Of a stretch of 32,000 nucleotides of DNA, positions 16,432-24,007 are shown one piece after another. Each line of letters opens with the position of its first letter. The first letter of the stretch is position 1. The position numbers and the translations under genes are program-made. Origin of the DNA: Copranaerobaculum intestinale (lineage in GTDB: Bacteria > Bacillota_I > Bacilli_A > Erysipelotrichales > Erysipelotrichaceae); NCBI RefSeq assembly GCF_009831105.1, contig NZ_WUUQ01000001.1, positions 930,001 to 962,000 of the forward strand, given 5' to 3'. The notes beneath the pieces were generated by a model. The model was not told the origin of the DNA and made no database searches. It was given only the letters and a program-made list of their open reading frames with translations.

Positions 16432-17541
16432 ATGGAATTCTTATGTGAAATGATTGTTGTTTTAGAAATCATTATGATGAATCTTTGTATTTTTAGAAAA
16501 AATGCCAACAGCCGTTATCCCTTTTCTGCTGTATTCAGTATATTGTTGATTTATACTATGATCCTTATAACAGCCGGAATATATATTATAAATTTGCTTG
16601 GCATCTATGGAAACGGCAATGGTTTGTTTACGCTGTTCGGATTTTTTTATCTGCTGCCTCTGCACTATTTGTATGAAGGTCCTACCCATAAACATTTCTA
16701 TATTATTTGCTTTGCGTGGATCTATACCCTTTCCGTGTTTATTATATCGGTACAGTTAGGCTCACTTTTTACATCATATTTATCGCTGTCGGTGATCGTC
16801 ATGATCATTCAGACAGGATTGTTTTTCATCACCTATTATTTTGTAAACAAGTTTATGAATCAGGTATATATTGCCCTAATGCAGTGTCAGGATGAGAAAA
16901 TCCAACAAAATTTGAACTTGACCAGCTTGCTTTGGTTTATCTGTATCTTTCTGATTAATATGCATTTTATCTTTGAAACAAGCAAAGCCTTGAAAATAAT
17001 TGCGTTTCTGGCCTTGATTATCAATGCTTTTTATAACTTTATCCTGCTTTATGAAATTCTCATGAAACGTGATCAGATTGGATCACTGCAGAGCATTGTT
17101 TATAAAGATACGCTGACTGGTGTAGGCAGCAGGCTCGCTTTTGATAAGGTAATGGAACAGAAAATGTCAGAGGGGAAACCGTTCTACTTCTTATATATGG
17201 ATCTTGATGAATTTAAGAAGATAAACGATGATCACGGGCATCTGATGGGTGATCAATATTTACAGGAGTTTTCGTCCCGGATCAAGGAGATTGGTCGTCC
17301 CGGCTTGACGTTTCGGATTTCCGGGGATGAGTTTGTGATGTTGATTTTTGAGCAGGATGTTACGCATGTGCTGGATGCCCTGCACCGTTTGGATTTTGTC
17401 ATACCCTCCGCCAATGTTCGGTTTCGAGGTGTCAGCTTCGGCATTTCACACTATCCAAGCGATGCGGTGCTTTTGGATGACCTTATTTCTTTTGCCGATC
17501 AGCAGATGTATAAAAGTAAAATGAAGAAAAAGCAATCCTAA
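16432..17541 (+). CDS. Membrane-anchored GGDEF-domain protein (putative diguanylate cyclase, SGDEF variant)
   Basis: About 210 aa of multi-TM N-terminal domain, then DTLTGVGSR...YMDLDEFKKINDDHGHLMGD...RISGDEFVM...ADQQMYKSK. SD AAGGTGG lies 7 nt upstream. Confidence 0.85.
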   Translation: MEFLCEMIVVLEIIMMNLCIFRKNANSRYPFSAVFSILLIYTMILITAGIYIINLLGIYGNGNGLFTLFGFFYLLPLHYLYEGPTHKHFYIICFAWIYTLSVFIISVQLGSLFTSYLSLSVIVMIIQTGLFFITYYFVNKFMNQVYIALMQCQDEKIQQNLNLTSLLWFICIFLINMHFIFETSKALKIIAFLALIINAFYNFILLYEILMKRDQIGSLQSIVYKDTLTGVGSRLAFDKVMEQKMSEGKPFYFLYMDLDEFKKINDDHGHLMGDQYLQEFSSRIKEIGRPGLTFRISGDEFVMLIFEQDVTHVLDALHRLDFVIPSANVRFRGVSFGISHYPSDAVLLDDLISFADQQMYKSKMKKKQS

Positions 17542-17607
17542 ATATTCATGAAACGAAGGTGGCTGAATCAAAAAACAGCAACTCCGGTGATTGAACGTTA
17601 TTTTGAC

Positions 17608-17636
17608 TTGAGGGCATTTCATTTACAAGCTATAAT
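17608..17636 (+). promoter_or_regulatory. Candidate recG promoter (TTGAGG, 17 nt, TATAAT) placing the transcription start on the ATG
   Basis: TATAAT at 17631-17636 ends 6 nt before A of ATG 17643. No SD is present. Confidence 0.45.
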
Positions 17637-17642
17637 AATATC

Positions 17643-19652
17643 ATGGAATTAAAAGCGCTGAAAATATCTGATAAAAAAATCGCATTGTTAAACAGCATGG
17701 GGATAGGTAAGGCAGAGGATTTGCTGACATACTATCCTTTTCGTTATGAACAGATTGAATTTATTCCCTATGAAAATTGGGAAAAAGGCGGAAAAGTAGC
17801 ATTAGAGGGAACCATTATTACGCGTGCGAGCGTTTTTCGCTACGGTTATCATAAAAGTATCACCAGATTTAAAATTGACAATGAGGCTGGTGAGTTTGAT
17901 ATTGCATTATTTAATCGTCCGTGGCCGAGCACATTTGCGATTGGCAAAAAAATCACGGTAATCGGAAAATATGAGGGGGGCAGTAAAATTACCGCTCTGC
18001 AATATAATTTTAACCCGCTGGCTGAACAGCTTGGCATCGAACCCGTTTATACGGTGAAGGAGGGTATCACCCAAAAGGATATACGTAACTATATCAGAAA
18101 AGCCTATGATGCATTATCCGCTACGATTGAAAATGTGATACCGCAGCCATTTCTTGATAAATACCGATTAATAGACCGAAAGGATGCTATTTACGGTGTG
18201 CATCATCCAAATAATTCATCGTTAATCAAACAGAGTCTGCGTCATCTTAAATATGAAGAATTTTTTAAGTTTCAGTTTACGATGCAGCTGCTGAAGCAGG
18301 TTGAGAAAACCGCGGCGGTCAAATCGGGAAAGCAATTTGATAATGAGGATGTATGGGAATTGAAAAAAACGCTGCGCTTTGATCTGACAAGCGGTCAAGT
18401 GGAAACCATCCAGGATATACTGAATGATATGCACAGTGAGAGCATAATGTACCGTATGGTGCAGGGTGATGTTGGATGCGGGAAAACGTTGGTTGCGGCA
18501 TTCGGCATGTATGCCTGCGTACTGGCTCATAAGCAGGCGGCTTTGATGGCGCCGACGGAGATACTGGCGAAGCAGCACGGGGATAATCTGAAGCAGCTGT
18601 TCCAGGACTTTGATGTGCAGGTAGAAGTATTGTATGCCTCGCTGGGGCTGCCGGAGCGCCGCGCTGTTTTGAAGCGCTTGGCAAATAATGAAATTGATAT
18701 TCTGGTCGGTACCCATGCGCTGTTTCAAGAAGAAGTACAGTTTTATGATTTGGGCATGGTGGTCGCGGATGAACAGCACCGTTTTGGGGTTGAACAACGG
18801 CGGCGGCTGTTGGATAAGGGAGATAAGGTGGATTTTCTTTTGATGAGTGCAACGCCGATCCCGCGTACCCTGGCAATGTCACTGTTTGGTGATATGGATG
18901 TGTCAACCATCAGCGAGCTTCCAAAAGGAAGAATGCCGGTAACCACGAAGCTGGTCAAGGCGAATTCGATGCAGCCGATCTTGCAGGATGTGCTGAAACA
19001 GATCGATGATGCGAACCAGTGCTATATAGTTTGTCCCGCGATAGAAAAGAATGAAGAATTTGCGGTACGCAATGTTACAGATATTTATGATGCGCTTCAA
19101 AGTGCGATCGGCCGAAGATATCGCATTGCGCTCCTGCACGGACGCATGAACTCCCAGCAAAAGGATTCGGTCATGCATGGCTTCGCGGCTCATGCATACG
19201 ATATTTTGGTATCGACTACGGTAATTGAGGTCGGTATTGATGTGAAGGATGCCAACATCATGGTTATCTACGATGCCCATCGCTTTGGTCTGTCTCAGAT
19301 TCATCAGCTGCGGGGAAGAGTCGGCAGAGGGACACGCCCCGGATATTGCTATCTGCTGACTTCAACAAAGGATCCAGATAGTCTAAAACGCTTGGAAATC
19401 TGTGAGAGGACGAACGATGGCTTTGAAATTGCGCGGGCAGATTTACAAATCCGCGGCCCCGGTGATATCCTGGGTACACGTCAAAGCGGTATCCCGGGTT
19501 TTATTCTGGGGGATGTAATTGCTGATGCAAATATTCTTGAGGTGGCTCGTGCTGATGCGGCCTACGCATTGAAACATGCGGAAGAACCGGCGTTTGCCCC
19601 TCTGTATCAGAAGTTGAAAGAACAGCTTGATGAAACGCGTTATTTGGATTGA
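17643..19652 (+). CDS. recG: ATP-dependent DNA helicase RecG
   Basis: Wedge domain N-terminus (YYPFRYE), helicase motifs GDVGCGKT, VADEQHRFGV, MSATPIPRT, QLRGRVGRG, and the TRG motif region. Confidence 0.95.
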   Translation: MELKALKISDKKIALLNSMGIGKAEDLLTYYPFRYEQIEFIPYENWEKGGKVALEGTIITRASVFRYGYHKSITRFKIDNEAGEFDIALFNRPWPSTFAIGKKITVIGKYEGGSKITALQYNFNPLAEQLGIEPVYTVKEGITQKDIRNYIRKAYDALSATIENVIPQPFLDKYRLIDRKDAIYGVHHPNNSSLIKQSLRHLKYEEFFKFQFTMQLLKQVEKTAAVKSGKQFDNEDVWELKKTLRFDLTSGQVETIQDILNDMHSESIMYRMVQGDVGCGKTLVAAFGMYACVLAHKQAALMAPTEILAKQHGDNLKQLFQDFDVQVEVLYASLGLPERRAVLKRLANNEIDILVGTHALFQEEVQFYDLGMVVADEQHRFGVEQRRRLLDKGDKVDFLLMSATPIPRTLAMSLFGDMDVSTISELPKGRMPVTTKLVKANSMQPILQDVLKQIDDANQCYIVCPAIEKNEEFAVRNVTDIYDALQSAIGRRYRIALLHGRMNSQQKDSVMHGFAAHAYDILVSTTVIEVGIDVKDANIMVIYDAHRFGLSQIHQLRGRVGRGTRPGYCYLLTSTKDPDSLKRLEICERTNDGFEIARADLQIRGPGDILGTRQSGIPGFILGDVIADANILEVARADAAYALKHAEEPAFAPLYQKLKEQLDETRYLD

Positions 19653-19656
19653 AGTG

Positions 19657-19665
19657 TGCTATAAT
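19657..19665 (+). promoter_or_regulatory. Extended -10 element TGcTATAAT upstream of rnc
   Basis: A perfect TGnTATAAT starts 5 nt after the recG stop and ends 32 nt before ATG 19698. Confidence 0.4.
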
Positions 19666-19697
19666 ATTACGGAAAGAATGAAAGAACTGGTGAAATC

Positions 19698-20381
19698 ATG
19701 GATACAATATACGATTGGCTGGATGCTAAGGGAATTCCTTACGATAATAAAGAACTGATTGAAGTAGCGCTGACGCATTCTTCTTATGTCAATGAGCATA
19801 AGCATGCGCAGTGCGATAATGAACGGTTGGAATTTATGGGTGATGCCGTGCTGCAGATTTGGACCAGCAAAAAGCTGTTTTTAATGCAGCCGCCCCTTGA
19901 TGAAGGCAAGATGACAACGCTGCGCGCGCAGCTGGTTTGTGAAGAGGCGCTGGCAGCCTATAACCGCAAGCTGGGTTTGGCAGCCTACTTGAAACTGGGG
20001 GTCGGGGAAGAAAAAACCGGCGGCCGTAATCGCGATTCAATTCTTGCGGATATGTTTGAAGCGCTCTTAGGGGCCATTTACCTGGATCAGGGACTGGAGC
20101 CGATCAATACGCTGCTGGAAGAAGTGATTACGCCGACAATTCGCTCACCGAAAAGTGAACGGGTGATTGATTATAAAACAAAGCTGCAGGAATATGTGCA
20201 GTCGGATTCCCGCAAAACGGTGCACTATGAAGTTGTTAATGTGACCGGCCCCAGTAATAAGCCATTATTTGAAGTAATTGTAAAGCTGGAGGATATCACA
20301 TTGGGAAAAGGCATTGGATATTCGAAGAAGCGGGCGGAACAGCAGGCTGCGAAGGATGCGTTTGAAAAAATGGTAAAATAA
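19698..20381 (+). CDS. rnc: Ribonuclease III
   Basis: Signature ERLEFMGDAVL, a catalytic EALLGAIYLD region and a C-terminal dsRBD (KTKLQEY...AEQQAAKDAFEK). Confidence 0.95.
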   Translation: MDTIYDWLDAKGIPYDNKELIEVALTHSSYVNEHKHAQCDNERLEFMGDAVLQIWTSKKLFLMQPPLDEGKMTTLRAQLVCEEALAAYNRKLGLAAYLKLGVGEEKTGGRNRDSILADMFEALLGAIYLDQGLEPINTLLEEVITPTIRSPKSERVIDYKTKLQEYVQSDSRKTVHYEVVNVTGPSNKPLFEVIVKLEDITLGKGIGYSKKRAEQQAAKDAFEKMVK

Positions 20382-20411
20382 GCAATACACATTATTCGTA
20401 TTGCTTTTTTC
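20381..20411 (+). terminator. Rho-independent terminator after rnc
   Basis: Stem agcaatac/gtattgct followed by T6. Confidence 0.75.
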
Positions 20412-20459
20412 TAATCATAAGAAACTCTGTTAAAATAGCGGTTGCTCGGGAGGGATGTT

Positions 20460-21770
20460 ATGTTGAAAAAACTTGGTAAAAAAATATTGCTGGCGCTGCT
20501 TGTGATCACCTGTCTGCCCATTGTCAGCATACAGGCTAAGCAGCCATCATCAGCTTCTAAGCTAGTGGCCAACGGACATGAATTTGATCTAAAGAGTGAG
20601 CAGGCAATCCTGATAGATCTGACGGATCAGAAAATCCTGTATCAGAAGGATCAAAATAAACGGATTCATCCGGCCTCGATGACGAAGATCATGACCGTGC
20701 TAGTAGCAATTGAACATATCGATGATCTGGATCAGACCATGGTATTGGACGATGATGTGTTTGAAGGCCTGCTGGAGGCAAATGCGAGTGTAGCGGGTTT
20801 CCTGCTGCGGGAAGAAGTGACAATGCGGGAACTGCTGTATGCGACGATGATTGCCAGTGGAGCGGATGCAGCGCGGGCGCTGGCCATTCATGTCAGCGGC
20901 AGTGAAGCAAATTTTGTAAAGCTGATGAATCAGAAAGCAAAAGAGCTGGGATTGACGAATACTCATTTTGTCAACACGACAGGATTAGATGATGACGATC
21001 ATTACGCTACAGTTAGTGATATCGCAAAGCTGCTTGAGTCAGCGATTCAAAATAAACAGTTTCTGAAAATTTTTAAAACCAGAGAGTATACGCTGCTGGG
21101 CAATGAAGTACGTGAAACTGGCATACAGCTGAAAAGCACCATGCTGGGACAAATTGAAAATCTAGGGTATGAGGATAATCTGATCGAAGGAGGAAAAACC
21201 GGTTATACGGAGGGCGGCGGCTTATGCTTGGCCTCAACAGCATGGCATGAGGGTACGCATTATCTTGCGGTTACGGCAAACGGCGGGCTGGATCACAACA
21301 GCGGCAATAACATTATGGATGCCTATACCATGTACCAGTATTATTTTAAGAATTATGCACGCAAAACCATTGTAAAGAAGGGAATGGTTTATTTAACACT
21401 TCCGGTAAAATGGAATTTTTCTCAATCCAAACTGGAATTTAAGGCAGATAAAGATTTGACTACGCTGGCTCCGTCGGATATGAAGGAGGATGCTGTCAAA
21501 AAGCACTTCATCGGTGAAAAGACAGTAAAAACCCCGATTGCAAAGCAGCAGCTGCTTGGACAGTTGGAATTTATGTATGGTAATGAATTGTTAACCAGTT
21601 TGGAGATGCGTTCGACCGAAGAAATTGGCCGAAATCCGCTGCTGTATTACAGCGAACCGATTTTGAATTTTTTCAAAACAAATGCCTTAGCTACGGTGCT
21701 GCTGATCGCTGCATGCTTTGGGGTGGTTATCATTATTATCTGGCGTAAAAAATACCGTCGGTATTTGTAG
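20460..21770 (+). CDS. Serine-type D-Ala-D-Ala carboxypeptidase (PBP5/S11 family) with a C-terminal membrane anchor
   Basis: Signal peptide, SxxK (ASMTKIM), KTG (GGKTGYT), a PBP5-C-like domain and a terminal TM plus basic tail. ATG 20460 follows SD GGGAGGGA. The TTG at 20442 overlaps that SD. Confidence 0.88.
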   Translation: MLKKLGKKILLALLVITCLPIVSIQAKQPSSASKLVANGHEFDLKSEQAILIDLTDQKILYQKDQNKRIHPASMTKIMTVLVAIEHIDDLDQTMVLDDDVFEGLLEANASVAGFLLREEVTMRELLYATMIASGADAARALAIHVSGSEANFVKLMNQKAKELGLTNTHFVNTTGLDDDDHYATVSDIAKLLESAIQNKQFLKIFKTREYTLLGNEVRETGIQLKSTMLGQIENLGYEDNLIEGGKTGYTEGGGLCLASTAWHEGTHYLAVTANGGLDHNSGNNIMDAYTMYQYYFKNYARKTIVKKGMVYLTLPVKWNFSQSKLEFKADKDLTTLAPSDMKEDAVKKHFIGEKTVKTPIAKQQLLGQLEFMYGNELLTSLEMRSTEEIGRNPLLYYSEPILNFFKTNALATVLLIAACFGVVIIIIWRKKYRRYL

Positions 21771-21778
21771 GAGGATTT

Positions 21779-22960
21779 ATGAAAAATTTAGATGAAATAA
21801 TTGAACGCCGTGGTACGACTGCGGTAAAATGGAATCATTTAGCGGAGGCGTTTGGATGTGATGAGGATGCGCTTCCGCTTTGGGTAGCAGATATGGATTT
21901 TGCCTGTGCAGATCCAATCCTGGCAGCGCTGAAGGAGCGGATTACACATCCCGTTTTCGGCTATGAGGATGGCTATGATGAAGCCTATACCGAGGCGGTT
22001 ACCGGTTGGTTTAAGCGGCAGTTTGATTGGGAACTGCGGCGGGAGGATTTGTTTTTCAGTCCCGGGGTAGTGCCGGCACTGGGCTTTTTAATCGATATGC
22101 TGAGTGAAGAAGGAGAAGGAATTATCATTCAGAGTCCGGTCTATTATCCGTTTGCGGCTAAGATTCGTGCGAATCATCGAGAAGTGATTGATAATCCGCT
22201 GATTTGTGAAAATGGCTGTTATCGTATGGATTTTGACGATTTGGCAGAAAAAATGCGTCTTTCACAGGTACGCGGGATGATTTTATGCAATCCGCATAAC
22301 CCGGTCGGCCGGGTGTGGAGCAAAGCGGAGCTGAAACAGGTAGCAGCGATTGCGGAAGCGAATCATAAATGGATCATCAGTGATGAAATTCATTGTGATC
22401 TGATTCGCAGCGGTTATCAGCATACGCCGTTAGCAAAAGCGTATCCCAAATATCGGGAGGAAATTATCACCTGCACGGCCCCTAGCAAGACATTTAATTT
22501 GGCCGGTCTGCAGAACAGTAATATTATCATTCATAAGGAAGCATACCGAAAGCTGTGGAAGAAGAAGGTCATCGACCGTTTTTCAATCAGCGAATGCAAT
22601 ACCTTCAGCCGCACCGCCACAATTGCGGCATATAAGGATGGAGAAGCATGGCTGCGGGAGGTAAATGCCTATGTGGATGCGAATTTTCAATACTTATCAT
22701 CTTTTTTAAAGGAACATCTGCCCAAGGCAGTATTAACACCGTGTGAAGGCACCTATCTGGCTTGGATCGATTTTCGCGCCTATGTGAGCGATGCGGCTGA
22801 GCTGGAGCGGATTATGCGTCATGAAGCAAAGGTAATTCTCGATGAGGGCTCATTATTCGGGGAAAATGGCAATGGCTACGAACGCATCAATCTGGCTTGT
22901 CCGCAGTGTATTTTGAAAGATTGTTTGAACCGCATTGCCGGTGCCCTTATACGGGATTAA
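21779..22960 (+). CDS. PatB/MalY-family PLP-dependent C-S lyase (class I/II aminotransferase fold)
   Basis: N-terminus RRGT.AVKWN...LPLWVADMDF, the PLP lysine region (APSKTFNLAGLQ) and a C-terminus LFG..G.GYERINLACP. SD AGGAGGA. Confidence 0.85.
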   Translation: MKNLDEIIERRGTTAVKWNHLAEAFGCDEDALPLWVADMDFACADPILAALKERITHPVFGYEDGYDEAYTEAVTGWFKRQFDWELRREDLFFSPGVVPALGFLIDMLSEEGEGIIIQSPVYYPFAAKIRANHREVIDNPLICENGCYRMDFDDLAEKMRLSQVRGMILCNPHNPVGRVWSKAELKQVAAIAEANHKWIISDEIHCDLIRSGYQHTPLAKAYPKYREEIITCTAPSKTFNLAGLQNSNIIIHKEAYRKLWKKKVIDRFSISECNTFSRTATIAAYKDGEAWLREVNAYVDANFQYLSSFLKEHLPKAVLTPCEGTYLAWIDFRAYVSDAAELERIMRHEAKVILDEGSLFGENGNGYERINLACPQCILKDCLNRIAGALIRD

Positions 22961-22969
22961 GGAGGTTTC

Positions 22970-23926
22970 ATGATTTATTTGGCATATGGCTTGCTTGCGG
23001 TACTGGTAGTACTCTTCTCGATCAAGCTGTCTCAGTATGTGGATGCACTTGATAAGAAAACGAATTTATCGGGTGCGTTTATCGGCGGGGTCATGCTGGC
23101 GGCAGTCACTTCGCTGCCGGAGCTGTTTACATCGCTTACGGCAGTATTGGCTTTGGATCAGCCCCAGCTGGTACAGGGAGATGTGCTGGGAAGCAATGTT
23201 TTCAATTTATGTATCATTGCAGTGGTAATTTTGATTGCGGCCAAGGGCTATCGTGATTCACAGGTTTCCCGTTCCCATAAACAGACGCTGCTTTATGGCT
23301 TGATCATGTACGCTTTGGTGTTTTTAGCGATTATAAAGCCGATCACGCTTGATTTGGGGATCATCAATGTCAATTTAATGACCATTTTGATCCTGCTTGT
23401 ATATGCGGTAAATGTTCACAGCATGAAGCATGATGATTCCGCAGACAACGAGGAACCATGCGATCTTGATTTGAGCGTACCGCAAATTACTGTTCGCTTT
23501 CTTTTATTCAGTGTGGCGCTGGTGCTGGTCAGCATTTTATTGACTCAGGTTACCAATATCATTGCCGAGGATTTGAATATGGGAGCTACCGTGGCAGGGG
23601 CGATCTTCTTAGGGGTAGCCACTTCACTGCCGGAGCTGTCCGCTTCTTTGTCCCTCATGCGGCTTGGTAATTTCAATGCATCATTTGGTAATGTAGTAGG
23701 AAGCAACTTGTTTAATTTCATTATTTTCTGCTTTGCCGATATCATTTACACGAAGGGAAGTATTTATTTAAACGATGGTCAGGTCATGAATCTGATCGGA
23801 TTCGGCGCACTGTCATCCGTGCTGGCATTGGGATTTCTGTATGGGAAAAAGCATGTCTGGGTATTGCGTATACTGAGTGTACTGATCTTAGGCTGCTATG
23901 TTTTCAGTATTGTATGTTCGATGTAA
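22970..23926 (+). CDS. CaCA-family sodium/calcium (cation/H+) exchanger membrane protein
   Basis: Two alpha-repeat signatures, GDVLGSNVFNL and GNVVGSNLFNF, each preceded by TSLPEL. About 10 TM segments. SD AAGGAGG. Confidence 0.8.
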   Translation: MIYLAYGLLAVLVVLFSIKLSQYVDALDKKTNLSGAFIGGVMLAAVTSLPELFTSLTAVLALDQPQLVQGDVLGSNVFNLCIIAVVILIAAKGYRDSQVSRSHKQTLLYGLIMYALVFLAIIKPITLDLGIINVNLMTILILLVYAVNVHSMKHDDSADNEEPCDLDLSVPQITVRFLLFSVALVLVSILLTQVTNIIAEDLNMGATVAGAIFLGVATSLPELSASLSLMRLGNFNASFGNVVGSNLFNFIIFCFADIIYTKGSIYLNDGQVMNLIGFGALSSVLALGFLYGKKHVWVLRILSVLILGCYVFSIVCSM

Positions 23927-24007
23927 AAAGGCTTGGCCGGTTCAAAAAAAGGACCGGTTTTTCATTTCCTTTACGAGGAAAAAATGATATGATAGGTAAG
24001 ATTAGAA

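Noticed and set aside
18222-19479. Long minus-strand ORFs (191, 195, 133, 71 and 71 aa) inside recG
   Set aside because: They are antisense to a gene with unmistakable helicase motifs. Their translations are low-complexity (Pro/His/Arg/Gln-rich), they have no SD, and they overlap each other in different frames. This is typical of shadow ORFs.
23935-23965. Hairpin after the CaCA gene as a terminator
   Set aside because: It has only a 5-bp stem (ccggt/accgg) with an 11-nt A-rich loop. That is too weak to call, although a T5 tract follows.
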